DNA of 57,181 bases. Source: Tubiluchus corallicola (taxonomy: Eukaryota > Animalia > Priapulida). The stretch lies in assembly GCA_030141605.1 (NCBI GenBank), contig JAQGDQ010000951.1, positions 19,947 through 77,127 on the forward strand. Reading direction: 5' to 3'. Under the pieces are notes generated by a model. That model searched no databases and was not told where the DNA came from. It saw only the letters and a program-made list of their open reading frames with translations. Below are positions 13,430 through 26,818 of the stretch, piece by piece. Positions within the stretch are counted from its first letter, which is position 1, and every line of letters begins with the position of its first letter. The translations under genes and the position numbers were made by a program.

Positions 13430-15180
13430 TAACAAAATTTTTTGAATATACATTTTAGAAAGTGTCAAAATATGTACAAAACCAACCAGTAACACAACCC
13501 ACTTTCTCTTTTGCTAGGGTCAGCGAATACGACATCTTTAAAATGCTAAACACTTTAAATATAAATAAAGGATGTGGACCCTCTGACATGCCAATAAAAA
13601 TCTTGAAAGACTGTGCCAGCACCATCATCTCCTCGTCTAATGTATATCACAAAAGGAGTCTTAATTTGCTCAGCATTTCCAGCAGTGTGTAAACAAGCAA
13701 ACATAACTCCAATACACAAGAAAGATACAAAAGATGACGCTAAAAACTACAGACCAATTTCAGTAGTGCATGTACTAGCTAAAGTATTTGAAAGAGTTAT
13801 CTACAACCAAATAAATCATTACATTGAAAATAATAAGTTACTGTCAAATCATCAATTAGGTTTTAGAAAACTACATTCTACTATAGACGCAATAATTGAT
13901 GCCACTGAAAAGTGGCGTTACAACTTAAATAAAAACAAATATATAAATAAATAATAACAGCAGCATTTTTAGATCTAAGTAAAGCTTTTGACAGCCTCGA
14001 TCATAATTTACTACTAGACTGCTCACGCCACCTAGGATTCGATTATACTTCTCTCAAACTAATTAATAATTACCTACATAATGGAAAACAAAGTCAAGCT
14101 AAACATGCTTTTTCAACATGTGACACACCTCAAAGAGGCATCCCGCAAGGTACCATATTAGGTCCTCTACTATTTTGTTTTAAAAATGGATGATGACAAA
14201 ACAGAATTTATGGTAATACTCCCTAAAACAAATGACATTACACCCTCTAATGCAACACTAAAAGTAGGTGACTGTTAAAAAGAACAAGCAAAAACTGTAA
14301 TATTTTTACATTACTGCCGATAATATACTCATATGGAACAGTTTCATCAAATATATAACGGCATTAACACAGCATTCTTACGAAAAGCCAGAACCAAGAA
14401 AACAAACATTCTCATCTACAAAAGTCTGATATTACCACATTATCTGTATGGTTGCACTTTGCTTCGAAACGTTAAAAATGAAAACTTTATAAACTAAATA
14501 AAATGCTAAATAACGCACACATACTAATACATGGCTATTCTCACAAAACTGCTAAACCACATTCTGCTTTTGCAACAAGCTTAAGAACTTCCACAAAAAT
14601 ACCAATATTAGAAGCCTATCGAGATTATATTTCTTGATAAACATGTCAGTAAATTGAGTATTCCGTTTATAAACAATCCTTTATCATTCATTCCTGATAT
14701 CACTTTAAAAAATAGAATACACAATTTAAAGCAAATTACAAGAAACAATCAATTGGGAAATAAGTCTATTTTAAAACAAGCCATACATTTATGGAACTTA
14801 CTACCCAGTGAAATAAAACAAATAGAATCTCTCCACCAGTTTAAAAAGAAACTAAAAGAATATCAATATAATAGGTTTCAACTTCCAAATTATGCATCTG
14901 AACAAATTACACATACATAACTTTCATCTACCCCGCCCTTGACTCCACAAAATGATTAAGAATATAAAATTTATACAATGTAATGCATGTTATGTTACTT
15001 ACGTTTATATCAATGGTATATATAGTGTAAATGCCATATGTATTTTTTAATATTGTTTTGTAAAAATCTTTTAATATCGTGTTTGTAAATATGTCCATTT
15101 ATTGTAAATAATTTGACCTATGTTTTGCACTTTCGTTTTTTAGTATGCACTGAATGCATTTGTCTTGAACAGCGTTGTTA
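13430..15180 (+). mobile_element. Degenerate LINE (CR1/L2 group) ORF2 remnant
   Basis: Fragments ANITPIHKKD..NYRPISVVHVLAKVFER, QLGFRKLHST, AFLDLSKAFDSLDH and GIPQGTILGPLLF, with frameshifts and internal deletions. Confidence 0.88.
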
Positions 15181-15183
15181 TAT

Positions 15184-15185
<2 letters not shown>

Positions 15186-15233
<48 letters not shown>

Positions 15234-15236
15234 GCA

Positions 15237-15268
<32 letters not shown>

Positions 15269-15270
15269 CA
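15186..15270 (+). repeat. (CA)n/(CACG)n microsatellite
   Basis: Seen directly. Confidence 0.95.
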
Positions 15271-15835
15271 TATGTTATTCAGGACATTTCCAATTTAGTG
15301 CCTAACACACTTCTGAAACAACTAAAGTGGAATCCGAATTGTTTTAAAAGCCAACGAAAGTCAATGTTTTAATTCCAGTACCTCCAAACACAGGCATAAA
15401 ATTATTATATATGTAACATAAAGTTTTTCAAAGTATAAGTGGAGACTAAAGACTATAAATCTCGCATCTTAGCACAAGAAAAGTTTTTCAATTTTAACTC
15501 GTACTGATTCAGTTTAGTTCTTTGAATCAAAATGCGCATTCCAAGATACTAATATACCCCCACGAAATTTGTTACAGACAGGTGATTTAATTTAACACCA
15601 ACATTAACCAGCATTAGCAATACAGTACAGTGGTGGAACACCTTTTTATATCCTTCCTACCTCATATATCTACAACAGTTTAACCCAGAACTGGGTTTTG
15701 CACTAACAGGGGCACCTCGATTGCTAGTTGGTCGTTCTCTCCAGCTAGTAACACATAGTAAGCAAAATTTTCATGTGGTAACTCTTTACCCCACAGTCTT
15801 TGTTACAATATAAAAACTTCTAGGTCGGCTAAAGG

Positions 15836-16446
15836 TACGGCTCCGTGTGTATGTAATGCGTGATGCGTGATCCGTGATGCGTATACAACAGTTTGCATTT
15901 AAACATGCAGATGCGTTTTCGCGTATGTAAATTACGCAATGTGTGCTCCGCATTCATTCGTACGTGATCGCTGACGCCGAATACGCATCACGCAACAATA
16001 CGCAGACGCGAAATCGCTGTTACTTAGGTGAGCCTGTTTTCAAGTTGCCAGTGGCCAATTTCGCTGCTTAGTTTTCTGAAAATTCTAGTTAGGCGAGTCT
16101 TGGACACCTTAGGACCTTCAAACAATAATAATTTTTCTATTTGAATTTTTGTGAGATGGAAGAAGCATGTGCTTATGTGTTGTGCATCTAACTGCAGTGT
16201 CACTAATGGATACGCGTCTCCCCTGCAAAATGTGCGCCCAAAATATGTGCTTTCTGGTAAATTTTTCCGCCTAATAGGAAAATAGCAAGCTAAGGTGCAG
16301 CTGTAATTATCACGCTTAAGTTTCGACAGAGGCATGGTTTCCAAAAATTATCGCTTGCAATTTTCACCAATCGCGAACAAAAATGGAGAAAAAAGCGCCG
16401 AGGGTTGTGTTAATATGCGTAGCGTTTACGGACACACGAAGTCGTA
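15836..16446. mobile_element. Possible MITE with imperfect terminal inverted repeats
   Basis: Left end tacggctccgtgtgtatgtaa versus the reverse complement of the right end, tacgacttcgtgtgtccgtaa. Confidence 0.4.
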
Positions 16447-16769
16447 TCTTAAGTATTAATTACAATGATAAAAGCACATCTATGAACAATGGCATTTTAA
16501 ATTTCAATACAGTCTATACTAGTTTCTTTGATGAAAGAAGTAGCCGCTACAATGCCCAATACTGCTTAACTTTAGTCATTAAGCCTACGCCATGACCACT
16601 CTGCTGTTCCTGATCTTCGACCTATATTTTCCTAAGTCTAAAGGCAATGGCCGATTCTCTATTGTTTCTTTAATTTACCGTACAGTTTCGTTAACGCACC
16701 TGTTTATAGTAATAGAAAATATCAGGTGTCAGTAAGTGTTGTCTGCATAACAATAACTCATGCTGGAAA

Positions 16770-17870
16770 ATGTGCACACGTGTCACTGTCTCGAATTTCA
16801 CTAAAAGAATAACATACTCATTGAAAATAATACTGAAGGCATGTATCATTTTATCATGTTCATTATTTGTTTTAACGCTTATTAGCAAATCTGCTGAACC
16901 GTCCGGAAATATTAAAATTGGGTACAATATTGACTCCCACATACAAGTGGACCCATACTCTCTAAATGTGATAGATTTTCACTTGATCTTAACAGTTATA
17001 GCTTTCAACAGGAGTGATTCAGTTAATAGATTGTTACAGTCTCTTGAAGCAGCTGATTATATGGGTGATTCTGTTTCATTAGAAATCTGGATAGATGGCC
17101 CGGAAAAAGATGCCCAAAAAACTGTAAAAGTGGCACAAGGTTTTAATTGGAGCCATGGACAGAAGCGATTACACGTGAGAACCAGAAATGTAGGACCTTA
17201 CACACAGTGGTATGATACATGGACTCCTGATCTTCAGGAAACTGGAGAATATGGTCTTATTCTAGAAGATGATTGTGAGGTTTCTCCCCATTATTACAAA
17301 TGGCTTAAGTCAGCAATTTATGTTTATAAAGACTTGAAACATCTAGGCAGCATTACTTTGTTTCGTGGAAGACTTGCAGTAAAACCAGGAGTAGACAGAG
17401 ATGTTCTCTGCCCAACGTGTACAGATAGCGTATTTCTTTACCCAATGTTCAATACGTGGGCTTGTTCACCAATGCCAAGAGTGTGGGCGGAGTTTAGGCA
17501 ATGGTACTTGACAGTAAAACACAATGAAAAATTTATTCCTCTGATTCCTGGTGATGAGAACCTCGTGATAAATGGATGGATACGTCACTTTCATCCACTG
17601 AAGAAGATGAGTTCGGCTTACTTTCATCATTACTGTGGCAAGCATCAGCTTTATACTATATATCCTAATTTGCCAAATAAACTAAGTTTTGTTTGTAATC
17701 ACAGAGAACTTGGACTTCACTACGTCAAAGCTTACGGACTATTGGGTATTTGCACGTATGGCTTGGTAAAATCGTGGAACAATAGTTACACATATTTTCC
17801 CAGACATCCAAAGCGACTTCATTGGGATGGTTACCCTGAAGGCAGGTTTTTCACAGAATATAATTATTAA
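16770..17870 (+). CDS. Intronless type II membrane GT-A fold glycosyltransferase (At5g12260-like / GT2-GT13-related), 366 aa
   Basis: Transmembrane segment IILKACIILSCSLFVLTLI; motifs VIAFNRSDSVNRLLQSLEAADYMGD, LEIWID, WSHGQK..H.RT.NVG...QW..TW and a DxD-like LILEDDCEVSPHYY; ORF uninterrupted. Confidence 0.85.
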   Translation: MCTRVTVSNFTKRITYSLKIILKACIILSCSLFVLTLISKSAEPSGNIKIGYNIDSHIQVDPYSLNVIDFHLILTVIAFNRSDSVNRLLQSLEAADYMGDSVSLEIWIDGPEKDAQKTVKVAQGFNWSHGQKRLHVRTRNVGPYTQWYDTWTPDLQETGEYGLILEDDCEVSPHYYKWLKSAIYVYKDLKHLGSITLFRGRLAVKPGVDRDVLCPTCTDSVFLYPMFNTWACSPMPRVWAEFRQWYLTVKHNEKFIPLIPGDENLVINGWIRHFHPLKKMSSAYFHHYCGKHQLYTIYPNLPNKLSFVCNHRELGLHYVKAYGLLGICTYGLVKSWNNSYTYFPRHPKRLHWDGYPEGRFFTEYNY

Positions 17871-19639
17871 TTTGTTTAACGTATTTTTTTCATAGCAAAA
17901 TTGCGCAAAAACCCCGAGCAAATGAATTTTTATAGTAAAATAAATTAAAAAATTGTGTGAAAAGAAAACATTACAGTATGCTAAAGATTCATCAGCCCAT
18001 TGACTGTACTAAAAACAAAGGTAACGTTCGCACATGTTGAAAGTGTATGTTCTACAGGAACTAATACAAGAATGTCACCTACAGTGCCATCTTTTCTGTC
18101 AAGAGCAAAGGGTAGCGGGTTCGCGTAGCAGAATAGTAAGCTTTTTTCCTGCAAATCGTGTGGAAATCGGGCGTACGTAACGCTCGGGCGTTCCATTACC
18201 CCATACAGATGTTGAAAAAAAATTGCACTATTTTTATGCCGAGTGAAAAACCAATCCATTGGGATACGCGAACTCGGGGCCCCCAGTAGTAAAATAAATG
18301 TTTTAGCGGATGAATGTAATTTCTAGGAACAGACAATATTTGTCACTTTTTGTATGCTAAGTACATGCATTGATTACATGTTTAAATGCTAACTACCTTT
18401 GCCTTGCAAACCTCATTCAGGAAAACCAGAATGCCATATTCTTTTATTTAATTAAGTCTCTGTAATTTTTTGAATGCATAATCACACGTGTGTGTACTGC
18501 TTTTTACAAGTTTTTCGTGTTTTTGACGTTTTACATACTGGGTATTCTTTATATATTTAGTAAAATCAATTCCAATATATCGAAAAACAAACAATAAAAC
18601 AAAATTTGCAAGGTTTTGAAAGGTTATGTTATTCATTTCTTTATTTTAGTAAATAAAATAGCGCAGAAGAAATTAAAAACTGTTTGAAGAGAGAAAACAA
18701 TTATGTACATAATCAGATTTTTTTCAGAAGAAAGAAAATCTGCATAAAAATAGAGAGTACAAATTATATAACTACATTTATACATGCAGAAGCAGAATTA
18801 TCCAGTGAAGCAAAACAAAACTGCAGCTGAAAGTTACCTATTATATACTATAATGAAACGCCAAAGAAAAGCCATTGAATAACATCTGAAAAATATCAAA
18901 GTGGCATGAAATAAGGTAAGCAATGCAGACAAATGATTACAAAATAGGCAAATTTTAAATCTTGTGGCTATCTATGCAGACTTCTGTGTCTGTGACTAAA
19001 TCTACACATGATTACACATTAAACTGAAAAATAAAAAACTGCACACGACAGTACCAATAGGAAAACCATATAATTAAAAAATAGGGTGCAGAAAAAAGTA
19101 TTAAAATAATTAACCAGTAAACACAATATAAAAACATGTGACATGAAATGAAATAACCAATACAGATAATACATACGGGAAGAAAAATTATAGTTCATTA
19201 GTTGTTATAATAATAGATTGTTGGTTGTTAGCAAGCAGGCCAGCAAGCGGAAAACTGTCCAAAAATTGCTTAGCTGGAGGAAAGTAATTTGTAATTAGGG
19301 GCTAAAAAACCAAAAAATTGTGCTCAGTAAAAATATATAAAATAGCACATTAAAAATACATAGTAAACTTTACAGTTCAAGCTAAACTAAACAAAACAGA
19401 AACAACATGGCAAATCTAAAGTGTCAAAATAATGAAAGATAAAAACGAGCAGATCTACATTCAGAAGCACGATGATGAAGGTTAAAGCAACGTATGCATC
19501 TATCTCTGTTTTCTTTCAAAGACAGTTTTACAAATTTTACAATTACCAGACCAGTGCGTTGAAGAATTGCAAAAATACAATGTATACCTTTTGGTGGGGG
19601 TTGTTAGAAGATGGCGGTTAATTTGCCGGTAATACCTGG

Positions 19640-20263
19640 GAAGAGGTCTGAGACTCACTTATAAGGAAGATCTTGTATTGTCTAAGTTGTAGTTGATCCA
19701 CTAGATAATCGCATCGACGCCATGACAGTAGTAGGTACGTTCTCTGTAATAGTGGTTACAAGAATTCAATTATCTAAGGGTTGGTCAGCACCTTTCAAAC
19801 TATGTAAGTGAAGTTCAACCTGGTAGCAAAAATGGCGCAATTGCTTTATATTGTCGGAAACTTCTTCTAGATGAGCAAGTTTATGATGATGTCCATCATT
19901 TGCCATATCATAATCTGATCACCATCTTTATCACCATATCTAGTGCTGATCAACTCAATTACAGTATCATGATTACTATAATAAATAATTGTTAATTGAA
20001 AATCAACCAATAGCCCGAAGTGCATCACCAGAAAATTTAGATTTGGGATAACAAATTTTTTGAACTTTTTCCAAGTCAGGATTCTCATGTACAGCAGAGC
20101 AGAAACAATCCCAGAATGTCTGAAATTGCAGCACATCTCTATGAAATTTCGAAAGTTTTACATATGGACGACGACTAAAACCTGAAGTATTTTTTAAATC
20201 ATTGACAGTTTGTGGTGGATTACGATTAGTAGCGGGAGAAATGTGAAAGGATGGTGACGTCAT
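19640..20263 (-). mobile_element. BEL/Pao LTR retrotransposon gag remnant (DUF1759-like)
   Basis: VKLSKFHRDVLQFQTFWDCFCSAVHENPDLEKVQKICY..SKFSGDALRAI, then in another frame HDTVIELISTRYG; frameshifts and stops. Confidence 0.8.
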
Positions 20264-22210
20264 TGTAGTTACGTACGTCTGTCTGTATGCGTCGAGGTGA
20301 CTGCAATGTTCAGTAGAGGCAGAAAATTTACCTGATGGTCCTTCAATAATTGGCTAGGAAAATGTAGCTGCTGATAATACACCTTGTTTGCCAGCCTTTC
20401 ATCCCAGCTGTGCCAACCCATGTTCCTGAAGTTGTTGACGACATCTCCTTAGAAACTCTCCCCAGTGGTGCTGTGCAGTGTCAACCTCCTACTTTATCTC
20501 CCTTTCCACTCGCTTCAACTACCCACCAGTCTTGTACATCAACACCGGGAGACCTCTGGAGTTTGAATCCTCAGTAGATGAAGGTCTTCCTACTACTGAC
20601 CTAATTTGCGATTTCCTTGATGGTTTAGTCGATGTTACTGTCCACGATCCTACCCAGGAACTTATTCACGACGTTTTAAGTGAGACTATCTTACCAAATG
20701 TATCAGTTGAACACATAATTTCTACAGAGAGAAACGTTAAAGAAAGCATGCCTCTCAGTCACCCAAGCGAGGAGAAGATTCCAAATAGTGGCAATCCTGT
20801 ATATTCCGTAGCCTCTCCTCTCCCAGCAGCCCTCTTTCTTGGCGAAATGCCTCCTGATGATGAAATTCTAAACTCAGGTCTACCACTCGACAAAGTGAAC
20901 GTCATGCCAGTTTCTAGGCCACCTCCTTATAGTCCTCCCCGTGGAGCAGTCGCAACTGCTGAATGACCAGCGCCTCTTTCTTCTACCCGACCCTATTTTT
21001 CGGCTTTGGTTATTAAAAAACCTCGGACTTTCACCGGTTTTCCCCCTTTAAAGTATGAAACACCAAACAAATTCCACCCATTCTTTACACCAACAAAATC
21101 CAGCACTTACAATTATAATTATCATCTAAATGCATGAAAATAAATGTGTAAAGCTGCAGTAAAAAAGCTAAGTGAATATTAATTGAGTAAATAAACAATG
21201 AAATGAGGAAATGTTTTAACAGATTTTTATTTAACAATTTAAATTATTTAATGCAGCAGAATGCCTTTGAGTAGTCCGCTTCCAGCATGCGGTTTGTGAC
21301 CATAGTTTTGAATCATTTTTCTAGTGTATTTTGTTAACACTGTTTTGTTGTCGTCAGCACATTTACAGCTGGGTAACTGCATAAACATTCTGGGGTGATG
21401 GCGGTCCAAGTTTTTAGCCCTCTGTGCCCACTGTTCAGAACAAGAATGCACTTTTACTGCTACTTTTAAAAGCATCATCGTCTAATTATCTTAGGACTTT
21501 GCCGCAGCTGTTGCCGTCTTTCGGTTACATGTTTAATTGTTTATCCTTTGGAGGTGCCCATTTACAATAAGGCTTGATGTATCCAGATTGAGACTATATA
21601 CAAATTCATTTTGCGCCATTGCCGTTATCATTGTCATTATCGTTGCCATTATAATTTCAATATTTATAGTACTGTATGACGTGGTTTTAAACTATTTTTT
21701 CAACATGGTTAAATACACATACACAACTCATATCACTATTACTAATAATGTTCACTAATGAGGTTGCTACTTATTGGTGAAATAGCTGTTACTTTAACTG
21801 AATTTTGACGTAGATAATACCTCGTGGCATCTATACTAACATTTTAACTGCAAAAGCAATGCATTTCTTAACCAATTTTGGTTGATATACCAAAAGACGA
21901 TCAGCGGTTGCCATAGTAACGGAATACCAAACTATAATTTTTCTTTCGACTTACTTATTTTATGTCAGTGATATTGTAACCGGACTTTCTTTTTCAATGT
22001 TTAGCCTTTTTCAACCAGTGCACAAGAAAAACTCTTTTTTCACACCTTTCCTCCCATGGGAAAATTTCGAATTTAACAACAATATGTCCTTACTGAGACT
22101 CCCTAGTCCCAATTGAGATTTTTTTCTACTTCCCATGTTCTGACATTACTTGTGCAAAAAATACCAGAAAGGATCATTAAAATTTTACTTTTTACGAGTC
22201 TTATTTTGAG

Positions 22211-22760
22211 TCAGTTTCCATTCTTCATTATTAGAGACTGTCCAGAAAATTTAAAGTTCCTCATTACGTATTTTACATGAGTTAGATTGCACTTTATTGA
22301 CGCATCTATAAACCAATGACCAAACTGTTTAGCCCTGGCTATTTTTTGAGGTACTCCTCTAATAAAGTTATTATTTATTAAGTAAGGATTAGGAATAATT
22401 TTTGCTCTTTCACTTGGACTCTTTTTATACCAGATCCCATCACCAACATGTTGGTATGGGAGTAACGCACATCTAACTGACGAAAAGTTCACAAGTTGTC
22501 GAGAATATGCTGTTCATGGGTCTCATTGATTTTGCTCTCCAAACGATTTGCCATCTCATTCCAAACATTAATAACTTGCTTTGTTGAGGTGAGGAAAATA
22601 TATAGCCCAGTGTATATTTTTGTAGATTCAAATTTACTCCCTTGACATGTGCACTAATGATATCATAATTGCAATAGTATTTTGTAGTATGCTTAGTACG
22701 ATTTCTCAACCACGGGCTATCAGTTTCAAAAAGCGTAAAAGAAATGTTAAACATTAAATA
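22211..22760 (-). pseudogene. Nucleotide-diphospho-sugar transferase (Nucleotid_trans / GT77-like) C-terminal remnant, frameshifted
   Basis: Two overlapping frames: ISFTLFETDSPWLRN (compare LxExDxxWxRDP) and LLPYQHVGDGIWY...PYLINNNFIRGVPQKIARAKQFGHWFI (compare NNNWIxG..KI.RAK.WGHWFL). Confidence 0.75.
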
Positions 22761-24499
22761 TCAATTGTGATTTAGGCTGAATGTTTTCCCGTGTCCAGCG
22801 TGGTACAAAGCTTGCGTGCTTAATATTTATAATTAAAATTACAGTGTTGCCAACACTGTATGGTAATTATAAATATAGTGATAAAAAGTGAAGATGCTGC
22901 TATGAAGCCATGTAATGATAAACCAGTCAAGACGACTCATTCTCCTGTAGCCCTAAATCTGGCATTTTTGAACCGTGAAAAACATTTATACTCTTTAACA
23001 GACTTTATTAAAATTTAATCTGTTTTAATTTATTTTTGCCAGATTAGTGCACCTTCAGCCCTGGTGCCCAATCACATGCCTAGTCTACTTATGTGTTAAT
23101 CCAGCCCAATTTAAAGTTTATCTATTTAACTATTATCTATCTCCGTTTAAAGAACTTCTAAGATCCCTAAGCTTGTCTGATGATTGTAATGCCACACTGC
23201 AAAAAAACTCGTCAAACCCGAGAGGGATGTAGCTATATTTTGGAAAGTCCATGGAATTCCTGTGGTTCTCCTCGTGATGACATAGTAGCTGTTACATCCT
23301 GTGACAATAAAACACGTTTGCAAATTATTTTTGCTTTTATAGAGAAGTGTCAGGCTTATTATTTCAATTTACAGAGCGAACATTGTGCAGGACATTATAT
23401 AAAAAACAGTCTTTCAGCAAACAACATTAACAAACTAATAGTTTACAAAGGCGAGGTCTTCTCCAGTACTTGGGTAGGACTGGTCCTTCCTTACGCACGT
23501 TGTAGTAATGCAGCAGAATTCGGTCTCCAGTGGAGGTTGGCTAAGTTAGCGTCTCTCAGTCTACTTCCTAAGCAGCAGGTAGCCTTTTCAAGGAAGTCTC
23601 CGCAGTTTCCCATCAAACTGGCAGGACATAGAATAGGGTCTCTGGAAATCGGATAATAAGAAGATCATCTCCTCCGAGTTCCCACGTAGAACGGTAGCGA
23701 TTTAGACCATCGAACGTGAAGTCATAGTTGACAGTATCTTCATCCAACGTAAAGGTAATTAGGCTGTGTAATGTATGCATAATTTAACAAATGTCTCACA
23801 GTAATTGTGTAACTGATGAAGTTTCACCAGCAAAAGAAGAACATCGTTCACCAACGAATAAGAAGAACATGATAATGAACAAACCATCCATTTCTCGTTC
23901 AATCATCGTATGAAAGAAACCATGACATAGTTATATCTGACCATTTCTCAACACGGTCACTCTACCCTCTCTGCCACGTAGGCCAATACGTCTAATATCC
24001 AGGACTCGAAAGCTAGCCGACCAATCAGAAACGAGTTCCGTTTGAGGTGACCTCAATAGTACAGCGACGAAGCTTTCACATTTGTTCAAACTTGGACATT
24101 ATATTGTCATGGATAAAATTGTTACTAAACGTATTTTCGCTTGAAAAATACAAGTCATGTTGAAACGAAAAGAATTTCATCTTCTTCTGCCTAATTACAT
24201 ATTTAAGGTAGCTTAACAGAAAATGGCTTCATTTAATGGATAACTTCGTCGAAAGTAATGCTATTCTTGACTAAAGATGGCAGCACAAGATTGGAACATT
24301 ATATCAATACATCAATATTATCAATCGTTAAGTAAACAATTCGTGAAACCATTTAGGTTAATACTTAAAGTGAAAAAGTAATTAGTAGCAGCAATCTGCT
24401 AGATGGGGGACCATCACAGTAGCTAACATTATGTTAACAACAAGAACAACATATCTAAAGATGTTACCTAAAGATGCATGAAATTAACGTCAGAAATGT

Positions 24500-24800
24500 A
24501 TGCATAATTCAGTGCACAACTAAAAATCAAAGCATGGGCCAGATTCATTTCTTGTATGCAGACGACATAATAATATTTGTCTGTATAAGATCTGCATTAC
24601 AGGAAATTTTAGTCTGTTGTGTAAGATATTTAGAAATTTATAACATTCACTTTAACATTAAAAAAAATTGTTTATTTGCCCCTGCCGATTTCTGAACAAT
24701 AGCCCACGTGATGTGTTTTATATGGCAATGCAGTTCCTATGAGTGCACAGGAAAAGTACCATGGACATGTCTTGCGCACTGACATGAGTGACTATTTCGC
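24500..24800 (+). mobile_element. Short LINE RT remnant (RTE-X-like)
   Basis: FLYADDII....SALQEIL.CC.RY.EIYNIHFNIKK. Confidence 0.65.
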
Positions 24801-24884
24801 TAAAGTTTGACTGTAGTTCATCTACTACGTGTGTTAACCTTGACCTACCCTATATCTTGCATTTGAGAAGAGAATGCTATTTTA

Positions 24885-25110
24885 GTTCTTCTTCAAATCT
24901 GCTGTGCTCTTGATGTTAGTGTTGTAGGTATCGTCACCATCTTCATCAATTGATTTGGTGGGTTTAGTGTTTTGTGAAAATGTGTAAGAGGGTGTGATGT
25001 GTGTGTGGTATGGTGTAGTGTAGTGTTGGTGATGTGTGTGGGTAGGGTGGCAGGGTGGCATGGCATGGTGTGTGTGGTGTGGTGTGGTGTAGAACAGTGT
25101 GACAAGGGTC
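24885..25110 (-). repeat. Diverged inverted copy of the caccacac-rich dispersed repeat
   Basis: Minus strand reads cacaccacacc...gatgaagatggtgacgatacctacaacac, resembling 7710-7745 and 10880-10910. Confidence 0.55.
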
Positions 25111-25129
25111 ATATAGTAGTACTTATTGT

Positions 25130-25830
25130 AAACTATGTGCAGATGATGTAAAATTAAATCACCGTGCTGGCACTTGTAATGAGAATATTCAGCATGCTGT
25201 GAATTGTATTTCTGAGTGATCTAATAACTTTCGATCTCAGTGAATAAATGTTCTTGTCTACATATAGGATACAAAAACCCTATCCGCAACTGTAAAATGG
25301 AAATTACTGATCTTCCACTAAAAGATGAAGTTTTAAATCTCGGTATCACAGTTAGCATAAAATTTTCTACTCATTGTCCTAATATTTGTGCTAAGACAGA
25401 TCATGTAAGCGATGTGATTTTTCGTTGCTTTGTTACATCTGATAAGCATGTACAGCCTACAAAACATATGTTCGACCATTAGTCGAATATTGCACTCTTG
25501 TGTAGAGTCTCTACGTTCTAAAGGATATAGATTTTGTGGAAAATGTACAAAGGAATTTCACACGCAGAGTCTTTGCTAGATGCAAGTTAAACTCCACGTC
25601 ATTCCCAAATAGATTATCAATACTCAAATTGGAACCAGTAGAATTTTTCGCATTTATATTGATCTAACTATGTGCTATAGCATAATTCATGGTGGCATAT
25701 CAATCTCGAGTGAATCTTTTATAACTTTGCATTACTTGCAAATATTACAAGGGCCATAATTTGAAATTACAAGTTAAAAAAGCTAACCTAATTGCTTTAA
25801 CTATTATGGAATAAACTAGAAAGAAAATGT
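25130..25830 (+). mobile_element. CR1-like LINE 3' remnant
   Basis: ADDVKL, NKCSCLHIGYKNP, YKTYVRPLVEYC, DIDFVENVQRNFTRR and TRGHNLKL, with stops and frameshifts. Confidence 0.8.
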
Positions 25831-26818
25831 TAAATTCAATACGAATTATGCCAGTCATTTTACTCATTTTCTATCAATTCTGAATAAAAAAATAATAATA
25901 ATAAATATAGATATTGTGCAAAACGTCTAGGCAAAGTACTAAAAAGCCACAACGAAAACATTTTTCACACCTTTCTCTAAATCCGTAGGTAATATAAAAT
26001 TCCTAGGAATTTTCCTTAAACGTAAAATGTACACATGCATTAATAAATATCCCTATAGGATTAACATAGTGTTACTTAATAAGGCTAAAAGGAAAAGCCT
26101 GCAAACATTTTAATTTTAAATTCGTTAATGGAAAGGCTTTCTGTATCTTGAATTTTTGTACGTCTTATTTTCGTACCTCTTTTGTCGTCTTATTTTTACT
26201 GGCCGATTTTTTTAATATTTTGGCTTAAAATTTAATTTAATCTTAATTCATTTCACTGTTTCACGCTTTCGATACTTTAACAATCAGTCGCACTATTCAC
26301 CATCAGAAAATTTGTTACGTTATTAAGATACGACAAAGATTTATCTGAAATGTCCCTCACATAATCGCTACCGATAGCTAAAAAGATGAAATTGTGACTA
26401 AAAGGTTTGCATATCACATTTTTATGAAATTACGAAAATCATTTCATGAAGTTGTAATGACACTGTGCAGTTTTAGCTCAATGCTGTTCAGCTAATTGAT
26501 GTAAGTTACGTTTAAACTACTATGTAGGACTATATATACAAGACATTCGGGGCAATTAAAAGACTAGGTATAAAACAAACTATCCATTTAAGCCACGGGG
26601 GGGGGGGGGCAAGTTTGCGGGTAATGTCCCACAGTATCTGATTACAGTTATTTGATAAACGCTGCATTAAACTTTTAAGGCTTTCAACAAACCCATGATC
26701 ATTCTTCTTTTATTTCCTTCGTTATTCATACTGAGAAAAAAAAACGTCCATTTCTGCTCTGGAATTTAGAGACTAAGCAAAACACTTGCATTTTAAGCTA
26801 ATCTTATCCAATTTCCAG

